Shown here: one piece after another, positions 25,418 to 35,920 of the stretch
Position numbering within the stretch: the stretch's first letter is position 1
Layout of the letters: each line of letters starts with the position of its first letter
Source of the DNA: Mobula hypostoma
Taxonomy: Eukaryota
NCBI RefSeq assembly: GCF_963921235.1
Contig: NC_086109.1
Location: 37,078,001 to 37,142,000 of the forward strand
Length of the DNA: 64,000 nt
Direction of reading: 5' to 3'
Notes under the pieces: model-generated
What the model saw: only the letters and a program-made list of their open reading frames with translations
What the model was told of the DNA's origin: nothing
The model's database searches: none
Made by a program: the position numbers and the translations under genes

Positions 25418-25480
25418 AGTATAATGTGCGATGATTACTATTCTTTAAAGAATAGTAATCATCGCACATTATACTTTTAA
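25413..25480. repeat. Perfect spacerless 68-bp palindrome
   Basis: TTAAAAGTATAATGTGCGATGATTACTATTCTTT|AAAGAATAGTAATCATCGCACATTATACTTTTAA. Confidence 0.97.
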
Positions 25481-25630
25481 AATTGCTGTTTTTCAAAGTC
25501 TATCTGCTTTTTCAGGTTTTCCTTTTCTAGGTTCGTAGCCTGCAGTTGTTTACTGAGACCTCGGAGTTCTTCTTCATTTGCTTCCATGTTTTAATTTTAT
25601 AATCTGGATGTAGATAATTCACTTTGCAAC

Positions 25631-26324
25631 TGTTGCCCCCCCGGCCACCCACAGGCTCACTCGGCTCGCTGTTGTCTAGGGAAACAGCCTCGGCCCCGCC
25701 AAACTGGGTATTTAGTTTGTGTGGATGCTGTGTGATGTACCCCACCCTGCCCAAATAACAGACAATACACCAGATACGATTAAATGATTTACAGTTTATA
25801 GATATTACTGGAACTATATAATTGAGAGAGAATAAAATATAAAAGGACAATAAAAGGCACCACACTTATCAAAGTTCAATCACTTCGTGCACAAAACAGT
25901 TGGAGCTCAAGGACCACCTTCTTCACCCTGCGACCCCTCGGACCACCTCGACCGGCCGCCTGGGACCAACAACGGTTGTCGACCAGACGCTCCACACGAG
26001 TCCGTCTCCGTCTCCTCGCCGAACGCCCTCCTCGGGGTCTGACTCCGTTAGCGGACATCACAGCACATCGTCCATCCTCTGTCTCGCTCTCCTGACTTCC
26101 CCCCCAAAACTCCGCGCATACAGTATCTTCAAATACACCAAAACCATAACAACTATCCCAATTGGTTAATAGCATTCTCTTATCACACTCTAAGCAAAAA
26201 CAAGCTGCTAGTGCAAACTTTCTCAGTATTTAACACAACAAAGCCACATTCCCCAGATTAACATAACAAAGACTCTATTTTAATTAGCCTCCGCAGTAAC
26301 GTAAAAGTCGTAACCCCCCTTACA
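25631..26324. mobile_element. Solo LTR (694 bp) with 4-bp TSD CAAC
   Basis: TGTTGCCCCC...CCCCTTACA termini, with CAAC at 25627-25630 and 26325-26328. CpG-rich, so probably young. Confidence 0.85.
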
Positions 26325-26533
26325 CAACAAATTCCTTTTCCTTTTGTATCCTTGTAATAATTTCCTCCATTTTCCAATCTCTTTCCAACTCACCATTGTT
26401 CTTGTCGGGTACTTCTATTTGTTGTTCGAGTTCTGCACATTTACCCTGGGCTTCAACCATAAAATCTGAGGATTTTCCTTAAATTCTGAAACATTTCGTA
26501 AATTCTTGACCATTTGCGATAAATATACTGCCA

Positions 26534-27742
26534 TTAAGCTTCCATCTCCCCTGCCTGTGAACTGTTGGATCCTCCATTCAGCATTTCTTTGACTTCTTCC
26601 CACTTAATCCCTTTAATACCAAGATACTTTTCTGCAGACTTGACGAGAATTTCAATTTTCTCAGTTCTTTTGCTTGTTTGCGCTGAACAATTAATTGCAT
26701 CCACCATAAAAAGCACGAAATCCTTTCTACTCATTAATAGCGTATCCTTATTTTTCATATTACAGCTCTCACAATTCACCAGTTTATTATTCCCTGTATT
26801 TGTTTGCTTGACAACCTTTCTTTCATCAAATTCTTTCACTGCCTCTGCATAACTGATTCCTTGAGTTACTTTTATATATTGTAATTCAGCCGCCTTCTTG
26901 CTACAAATGCACCCTCGATAAGCTGCGCTGTGTTCCTCGCCACAATTGCAGCATTTCAGCCTAGCTCCCGCTTCACATTTCCCATATTCATGTTTTCCAG
27001 CGCAACCCCTACATCTTTGTTTTCCTCTGCAGACCGCTGCAATGTGCCAGAATTTCTAACATTTATAGCATCTTAAAGGCAGTGGTATATATATTCTAAC
27101 CGCATGACACATATACCCTAAGTAAACGTTAGTCGGCAATCCCTTTTCATCAAAGTTAATCGTTACCTATAAACTATCACACTTTTTTCCGTTTCTTGTA
27201 ACTTTCAAACGTTTGGCCTCAATAATTTTTGCTCCTTTTATGTTCTGTTTAATCTCATCCATAGTAACTTTTGTTGGTATCCCCGAAATAACTCCTCTAG
27301 TTCACTTTCTATTGTTGGGTATTGAGCATTGTGCTTCTTTGCCGTCTATTTTACATAATCTTATCACTTTACCTTGCTGAGCACTATCCCGACAAATCAC
27401 TGATAGCGATCCATTTCGTAAAATCTTTACTCCTTTAATCTCGCCTATAATTTTGTTGAGCATCTTCGTCAAACAAATCGGGTTTCAATCACCAAAAGAT
27501 GCCCTGTCTTCACTTAGTTTTATAATTGCTTTAATCTCATCTTCTTTCCATTGTTTTGCTGTCCTGTTTTGATCATCCGTTGACTCCTGAGAGCTTGATA
27601 TCCCGTACCTCTGCTTTCTTTTCTTCTTCTTTCCATTCCGTTCCTCTTTCCCGCCAACCTCCATCTCTAGTTCACTTCAACGCTCGCCAAAAACTTCTTT
27701 CAGCAGCTTGGCTCTTTCCTTGATGTTCTCTCTCTCCACCAT
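26534..27742 (-). pseudogene. Gag-like ORF1 of I/Nimb-group LINE (disrupted)
   Basis: Reads RCYKC*KFWHIAAVC-RGKQRCRGCAGKHEYGKC-LKCCNCGEEHSAAYRGC (three CCHC knuckles) and ends FMVDAINCSAQTSKRTEKIEILVKSAEKYLG. Confidence 0.85.
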
Positions 27743-29890
27743 TTTCCAGTCACAACTGGACTCTCTCTTCCAGCAAATGAAGCTGAACCAAGGAGCTATT
27801 CATGTAGCCAGCCCAAAATGTGAATCAGCTGCCTCAATTAGAGCAACCAACAGAAAAAAGGGAAAACCAGAAAACCTGGAATAAGGAACGATGGACCGGA
27901 CTATGAACCGGAATCCAGACTTCACGGACCGGAGCATGACAGCCACTCTATTTCTTTCCGTACCTTGGACTTTGAAGGTGAATGAACACACACCTGTTCC
28001 ACATGATTCCACCCGATTTCACCTTCTGATGTTCTGATCACAAGTGAACGTGATGCATGCTGAATTGACTATTGATTCTTTGCTGAATTGCTCTGAAACC
28101 CAGACAGCTTCACCAATCCTGAGTGGCAACAAAGATTTTGCTCTGCTTCTGAGATCATGCATGCTCAAAATTGTACACCCTCAAAATTTCTCATTAGTTT
28201 AGGCCCGGTAAGTGAGGTTGGAGAAGGAAAGGAAGAATGGCAGGCTTGTTCTCAGTCTCCAGCACATCGTCAGCTCTGATGGACTGTAGCCATTTGTAAG
28301 AGGTGTGGAGTGATAGGTCACAGTGCTTTGAAGGAGTCCTTTGCTTTCAGCAGGATACATTTAACAGTTTGCACTGCTCTTTCTGCTTCTCCGTTTGCCT
28401 GTGAGTACTGTGGACCGCTTGTCTGCTGTTTGAACTCAGACCCTAGCGAAGCTTTTGAATTATGAGCAGCTGAATTGTGGACCATTGTCTGACAATAAAT
28501 GTCTCTGGTATTCCATGGAAAGCAAACTTTCAGGTGTTGTATGACTGCTACTTAGGATGTAGAGGACAGCTGGGACACCTGAACATTCCTTGAGTAGTAA
28601 TCCACAGTGAGAAGATATTTGTCTCTTTTTAGCTCCAAATTGTCTGTGTCTGCAATTTGCCATGGAAAGTCCAGGAATCCTGTGGGACAGAAACGCTCAG
28701 CTTGATTTTGGTGCAGTTTTCTGCATGCTTCACATGGCTTTACATAATCTCCCAGCTGTGTGCCTAGACCAGGCCACCACACTGATTGCCTTGTTCTGAG
28801 GCAATATGTTTTGATGCCTTGATGTCCTTGATGGATTGGACTGATGATTTTGGTATGCATAGGTGCAAAAATTATGTGCTTGGAGACCTTTAATAGCAAA
28901 CGGTCAAGAATAGTGAATGTGTCTCTTTCAAGCCAGTATAGCCCAATGTAGTGAGCTCCTTTTGGAACAGCTGGCCATCCATCCTCACAGTACTGCAGGT
29001 TTGGTCCTTTTCCAGCTCTCTGCACGAATTTCATCCAGTTTACTCTGTGATGCAGGAAATGTCTCATATTTCTGAGCTAGGTTGATGATGATACCTTCCG
29101 TGAGGGCAGAGTCAGCTTCTGTGCACCCACTTTTACATGGCAGCACCAACAGAGTGCCTGGTGTACTGAAAGATTTGCCGGGGCATGTTCGATGTCATAA
29201 CAGTATCAAATAAACATCATTCTGAGTCTTTGCAGATGTGAAGGTATGTCATCCAAATGTTTTGAGCTGAAGCTGATATGTAGTTGTGGCCTGTTTCAAG
29301 TAGGAATTTAGTGCCTATCAAGTAGTAGATGAAGCATTCACAAGTCTGCATGAGAGCCCAGATCTCCTTTTCAATTTGGGTGTAATGCTGTTCAGTACGA
29401 GTCAGTGCTCTTGATGCATATGCTATCAGTTTCCATACACCATTGCGCAATCACATGAGCGCTCTCCCTAGGCAAAAGGAAGAGGCATCTGCTGAGACCT
29501 TAGTTGCTTTGTTTGGATCAAAGAACACCAATGTTGGCGAAGAGACAAGCTCTGCTTCAATTGATGAAAATGACTTCTCCTGTGGTGTGTCCCAGGTTTG
29601 AATGTTTCTCTAAGAGAGGAGGACATGTGGTGGCTTTGTATTCTCCGCCAAATCTGAAATGAAGTTTCCCAGTTAGTTTACCATGCCCAGGAAACTGCGA
29701 ATCTCTGATGCAGTTGTAGGTTGTTCCATGTTCTGAACTCCTGCAGTTTGGCTCCATCTGGTTGCACTCCTTCTGAGGACGGTTAGTGGCCTAAGAACTT
29801 CACCTTCAACATGATACATTTGTATTTATTTTCTTTCAAGGTGAATTCTGCCTGTTTCAGTTTCTCCAAGGCAGCTTCCACTTCTCTGTC

Positions 29891-32003
29891 ATAGAACCAG
29901 AGAACCATAGAAACCACAGCACAGAAGCAGGCCCTTTGGCCCTTCTTGGCTGTGCCAAACCATTTTCTGCCTAGTCCCACTGACCTGCACATGGACCATA
30001 TCCCTCCATACACCTCCCATCCATGTATCTGTCCAATTTATTCTTAAATGTTAAAAAAGAACCCGCATTTACCACCTCGTCTGGCAGCTCATTCCATACT
30101 CCCACCACTCTCTGCGTGAAGAAGCCCTCCTTAATGTTCCCTTTAAACTTTTCCCCCCTCACCCTTAACCCATGTCCTCTGGTTTTTTTCTCTCCTTGCC
30201 TCAGTGGAAAAAGCCTGCTTGCATTCACTCTATCTATACCCATCATAATTTTATATACTTCTATCAAATCTCCCTTCATCCTTCTACGCTCCAGGGAATA
30301 AAGTCCTAACCTATTCAACCTTTCTCTGTAACTGAGTTTCTTAAGTCCCGGCAACATCCTTGTAAACCTTCTCTGCACTCTTTCAACCTTATTTATATAC
30401 TTCCTGTAATTTGGTGACCAAAACAGAACACAATACTCCAGATTCGGCCTCACCAATGCCTTATACAACCTCATCATAACATTCCAGCTCTTATACTCAA
30501 TACTTAGATTATTAAAGGCCAATGTACCAAAAGCTCTCTTTACGACCTTATCTACCTGTGACGACACTTTTAGGGAATTTTGTATCTGTATTCCCAGATC
30601 CCTTTGTTCCACTGCACTCCTCAGTGCCTTACCATTAACCCTGTATGTTCTACGTTGGTTTGTCCTTCCAACGTGCAATACCTCACACTTGTCAGTATTA
30701 AACTCCATCTGCCATTTTTCAGTCCATTTTTCCAGCTGGTCCAAGTCCCTCTGCAGACTCTGAAAACCTTCCTCACTGTCTACTACACCTCCAATCTTTG
30801 TATCATCAGCAAACTTGCTGATCCAATTTACCACATTATCATCCAGATCATTGATATAGATGACAAATAACAATGGACCCAGCACTGATCCCTGTGACAC
30901 ACCACTAGTCACAGGCCTCCACTCAGAGAAGCAATTCTCTACCACCACTCTCTGGCTTCTTCCATCGAGCCAATGTCTAATCCAATCTACCACCTCTCCA
31001 TGTATACCTAGCGACTGAATTTTCCTAACTAACCTCCCATGCGGGACCTTGTCAAAGGCCTTACTGAGGTCCATGTAGACAATATCCACTGCCTTCCCTT
31101 CATCCACTTTCCTGGTAACCTCCTCGAAAAACTCCAACAGATTGGTCAAACATGACCTACCACGCACAAAGCCATGTTGACTCTCCCTAATAAGCCCCTG
31201 TCTATCCAAATGCTTGTAGATTCTGTCTCTTAGTACTCCCTCCAATAACTTACCTACTACTTACGTTAAACTCACCGGCCTATAATTTCCCGGATTACTT
31301 TTCGATCCTTTTTTAAACAACGGAACAACATGAGCCACTCTCCAATCCTCCGGCACTTCACCCGTAGACAGCGACATTTTAAATATTTCTGCCAGGGCCC
31401 CCGCAATTTCAACACTAGTCTCCTTCAAGGTCCGAGGGAACACTCTGTCAGGTCCCAGGGATTTATCCACTTTAATTTTCCTCAAGACAGCAAGCACCTC
31501 CTCCTTTTCAATCTGTACAGTTTCCATGGTCTCACTACTTGATTCCCTCAATTCCATGGATTTCATGCCAGCTTCCTTAGTAAATACAGACGCAAAAAAC
31601 CTATTTAAGATCTCCCCCATTTCCTTTGGTTCCGCACAAAGCCGACCACTCTGATCTTCAAGAGGACCAATTTTATCCCTTACAATCCTTTTGTTCTTAA
31701 TATACTTGTAAAAGCTCTTTGGATTATCCTTCACTTTGACTGCCAAGGCAACCTCATGTCTTCTTTTAGCCCTCCTGATTTCTTTCTTAAGTATTTTCTT
31801 GCACTTCTTATACTCCTCAAGCACCTGATTTACCCCCTGTTTCCTATACATTTCATACAACTCCCTCTTCTTCTTTATCAGAGTTGCAATATCCAATGTT
31901 TCTTATTCCTATTCAATTTGCCTTTAATCCTGACAGGAACATACAAACTCTGCACTCTCAAAATTTCCCCTTTTGAAGGCTTCCCACCTACCAATCACAT
32001 CTT
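29891..32003 (-). mobile_element. HER1/CR1 LINE, 5'-truncated, inserted in Gypsy RT
   Basis: ORFs 31261-31896 and 29971-31245 are one frame split by a stop, with QHGF, KAFDKV and FADD. Tail (CTATGGTT)-like. The Gypsy RT frame (EE.D|REVEAALEKL) joins across it. Confidence 0.93.
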
Positions 32004-34108
32004 TGTCACGTTCCTCACTTGAGCCTTTGAAGATGAGTATACCATCTATGTGGCAGACTACTTCATCCAGTCCCTGCAAAATTTGGTTCATCCTCATCTG
32101 AAAGAGTTCAGAGGCTGATGAGATGCCAAAAAGGAGTCTCTTGAAGGTGTAGCATCCATATGATGTGATAAGGTTTGTGAGTTTCTGTTACTCAGGAGCT
32201 AAACCGATCTGCTAGAATCCTGTGTTTGCATTCTGGTGAAGAACTTTGCTCCACCCAGCATACTCAATGTGTGTTCAACTGAGGGAAAAGTAAACTCCTC
32301 CTGTCTCACTGCGTTATTCAATTTTGTTAGATCAACATAGATCCTCACTGTTTTGGGAACAACAACAATGCCCACACACGAGTCCATTCACTCCATTCAC
32401 TCTACTTATGATGTCAAGCACCTTCATTCTCTCATGTTCAGCTTTGAATTTGTTCATCAATGGGACTGATATATGCTTCACTGTGGTTATAGGGCGTCAC
32501 TCCTGGCCTCAGTTGGCTTTCAGTATCCCCAAGCCTGTGAACAACTCTGATTATTCTGCCGCAGAACATTGCTTAGTGAATCCAACCTTGCAATAAGGTC
32601 CTGCTTCTCGATGCAAGTTATGCCAGCAGTTCTGAGAAGAATTTCTGAATGACATGGACATCCTCTTTTAACTGTTTCTTATTTTTACTGATGAAAGTAA
32701 TAAACATTCCTTTCACATTGAAATCAAGTTTCCTTGGCTCCATGAGCACTTTTTTTGTTGGGTCTAACATAAAGCCTGTTTTCTTGAACAGATAGTCAGG
32801 GATGGCTGTGACATCTGCCACAGTGTCCATTTTGAATGTCACTGCCTCATTTTGCAACTGAACCATAGCACATCAGCTTTGTCTATTTGCATCTAGAGCC
32901 CCAAAGATAGCTCTTCCTTCAAGCTAATCATGGTCTTCTTCGACCTCCTGTAGAATAGTTTTTGAGTGACACTGTCTTTTATAACGGCCAAATCTATTGC
33001 ATTAGTGGCACTTCTCTTCTTTTGCAGGACAGAGCTCTTTGATGAGGAATGGAGACTTGCCGCATCTCCTGCAGTTGGACATTTTACCTGCTCTTTGTTT
33101 TGCTTGTCTGTTTTGTTTGAGCTGAGCTCTACAGTAAACTCTTTCTGTAGTCTTTCTGACTGCACCTCGTTTGTACACTTTCTTTTGTACAGCTTCTAGC
33201 TTTACCTCAGCATCATTTTTGTACCTGAGTTCCTGACGAACGTTCTCACTCTGCCAGACTATAGTTGTAACTGTCTTTAGTGTAGAGTCTGTCTGCAACT
33301 GAATTCTCTCTGACAATTTGGTGCCTTGTCTCTGTCTCTAATGAGCTCAACTCTCAGATTTCCATATGCACAACTGTCTGACAGGGCATAGAATACTGCA
33401 ATTAAGTCATTTATTATTTCATCTGGCTCTTGTTTTCTGAAGTTGAACTTTGCCCTCCTATATAACACATTTTGATTTCCTGTGAAATATTATTTGAATT
33501 TGTCCTACATGGTTATGTACTCTTTTTTCTGAACATCAGTCACTCTCCATGATGCCATCTGCATTGTCAGCCATGCAGTATATCAGTGTGCTTACTGATG
33601 CTCTCCTGAAGCCTGAGTGAGATTGCTTGCAACCCTAAACCTCTCAAATAATCTGAATCAACTCTTAAAGTCCCTTGCTTTAACAAAAATCAAATATCTT
33701 GAGGAGTTTTATTTAGTAAGTAAATGCGGGTACTGCTGGTATTTGCTCCATCTTCCTGTTTGCTAGTTGATTTATTACATTATTTGGACTACATAGGTCT
33801 TTTCGCCCTGAGAGTTTGACTGACTTCTCTGCTGCACCTGTGCCTCTGTGTGCTTCCCCAAGCTAGTGACCCACAGGTTATTACAATGTATTCACTTCTG
33901 AGTGTATCTTGTATGCATTGTCTAGCAACCTTAGCCTTTTTACAGCTCGTGCCTCATTTACATACAATTAGGAACTAGCATAGGTAGTTTAGGTTGAAAT
34001 GTCTCAAGATATTTTTAATAGATATATGTGAGCAAGATCAGTCTTACTGTAAATTCTTCCTTGTTGGGGATCTCACTTGGCCTGTAGCATCAATTCATCA
34101 ACAATCAG

Positions 34109-34123
34109 CCACTTCTGACACCA
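34109..34123 (-). other. Primer-binding site, tRNA-Leu type
   Basis: Minus strand TGGTGTCAGAAGTGG directly follows the LTR end ...AACA and is complementary to the 3' end of vertebrate tRNA-Leu(CAA). Confidence 0.85.
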
Positions 34124-34278
34124 TGTTCTGCTTGTTATTGAGGGATAGTAAGCACACCAGAATGCCAGCAACCGAACTTTATTGTCAACCCTGCTTTGCT
34201 TGTACAGTATGTGAACTCCTCTCTTGTGGGAGTGGCCAACTGAGTTGCTTTGGAATAACACTAGTAACAACCACTACA
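34124..34278 (-). repeat. Gypsy 5' LTR (155 bp)
   Basis: Minus strand TGTAGTGG...AATAAA...AGAACA, adjacent to the PBS. Confidence 0.8.
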
Positions 34279-35267
34279 AAGTAGACCTTGCAAATATTAA
34301 AAAATACATTATCTAGAGCAGAAATGATAGAAATGCTGTGTTCCCAAACAGTGTTTAACCAAACTGAAAGATGTACAGTTTTAAAAATTCCTGCATCAAG
34401 ATTAGATTATTTGTCAGGTAGAAGAACAGAATAGAGACCTTAATGTCTTAATAGGAATGCCTCATTACAAAATTTCTCTTTGCCAAGCTTTGTTACATTA
34501 TTTGCCACCACCTCAATTAGGAAAAACGGTTTGGTTCTATTACTTATATCTACAAATCAGTTCACAATGATCATTAACAGATCAATACATTGAATCTTCA
34601 TCCAAATGCAATATGTCAATAACCACAACAATGATGCCTAGTTACTCTCAGTCATCGGTCTTGGGTTGGTCACATCACTGGCGTGGCCAAAACCAGAGTC
34701 CAGAAGCAAAGCACTCTGCGTTGTGAGAGAACATGTTTCAAGGAAGTGCTCAAAGCCTCTTTAGAAATGCAACATCCGCACTGGCACCTTGGTACCTCAG
34801 GTTCATAACTATATTTAATGGAAGAAGAGCATCAAGAACATCAATGTGATGTATCTGGAGCACACAGAAGCCCAACACAAGGGGAGAAAAGAGTGCTCCA
34901 TCTTTTATGCTATCCATCCACATGCCTCATCATACACTTTCTGGTATTTTGTGGCAGTGCCCATAATCCTACATTGGTCTCATCAGCTAGATCAAAATCC
35001 TTAAAACGAGAAAGGAAGTAAGTCTGAGGAACTGCCTAAAAAAAAAAAAACAACAAAATATAATTCACCACACTATCTGTGCTATTTCTTCTAAGGCATG
35101 TCATTTTTAAATGATTTGCAATTATTCTTCATGGAACTAAATGAAAGAAGAAGGGTAATCTCTTAAGATCTATGGAACATGAATCACTTTTCCACAATGG
35201 AGCTGTAATGAGATCTTGAGGAAAGTTAACTTTGACATGGAATAAATTCAAGACTTAAAGGTAGAAA

Positions 35268-35583
35268 GTAATGACGAGGGTTTATTTGAAGAACAGGACT
35301 AGCAAATGACTCAGAGCGTACTTATTCAAGAGGGCTAGAGTACACAGAATGTTAATTCACTCAGAGCCCAAATATGTAGCAAGGGAACCCCATTCATATC
35401 AAAAACAAAACTCAGTAAACTAAAAACAGGATGCACGAGGAACCCGCATTCAATAAACAAGTGGTACAAAAAAACCCAGAAAAACTTAACACTAAGCTGG
35501 TCACATAATAAGTTTTAGTTAAAATAAATCAATATTCTTCAGGTATGTCAGAGCATCAAGGCCTGACAGAAGAGTTCATGACA
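35268..35583. mobile_element. Decayed solo-LTR-like element related to 12977-13481
   Basis: Shares AACCCGCA..TCAATAAACA and the terminus G.GTTCATG.CA. The left end is unclear. Confidence 0.4.
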
Positions 35584-35920
35584 GGGTCATAACCTTTCAG
35601 CAAAGGTAATCTGAGTTTTAATGTTGAATTACCATTTAAATTCTCCCATTTATCCTTCATAATTTTATGAAATATTTATAGTAAAGCTGAAAATCTTGAC
35701 AAGCAGGATTTAAGCTGCTTTTCAGGATCTTCCATGGACCTTTCAACAGAATTATGCCAGAATTCAATATTTTGAATATTAACTCAATCGAAGTCAGGAA
35801 TTGTCATGCTGGGGTAACATATCCAAAATGCTGTAGGAACCCAACAGGTCACACTGGGTTCCCACGACCCCCAACAATGGCATTGTTCCAGAACTATCTA
35901 TATCATCACTACGCAGCCCC

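Larger units (their letters stand above)
25044..27768 (-). mobile_element. Nimb-like non-autonomous chimeric retroelement (5' end, ORF1, foreign cargo, 77-bp 3' tail)
   Basis: Perfect 16-bp TSD TCCAGCAAATGAAGCT at 25028-25043 and 27769-27784. (GAA)n tail and GGTGGCGGTAATGCAC 3' motif. ORF1 has three zinc knuckles. ORF2 stops after ..ILWLKPRV. Confidence 0.85.
22250..27941 (-). mobile_element. Solo-LTR-type element (own sequence 22250-23271 plus 27785-27941) expanded by two Nimb-like insertions
   Basis: TG...CA termini with flanks GCCAT/GCCAC (5-bp TSD, 1 mismatch). Homologous to 50738-52038. Confidence 0.8.
21600..34278 (-). mobile_element. Old full-length Gypsy LTR retrotransposon (K02A2.6-like pol) with nested insertions
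   Basis: In order on the minus strand: 5' LTR, PBS, gag (RAKFNFRKQE...LIRDR, Cys knuckle), protease (FKMDTVAD), RT (VRIYVDLTKLN, FKRLLFGISSA, HIDG), RNase H (IAYASRALT..E..Y.QIEKE), integrase HHCC (HQGHQGI...CEAC), PPT and 3' LTR. Confidence 0.88.

Noticed and set aside
25326..25480. CRISPR array or protelomerase/hairpin-telomere site
   Set aside because: The units are contiguous without spacers and no associated enzyme is present. The structure is explained by local fold-back duplication.
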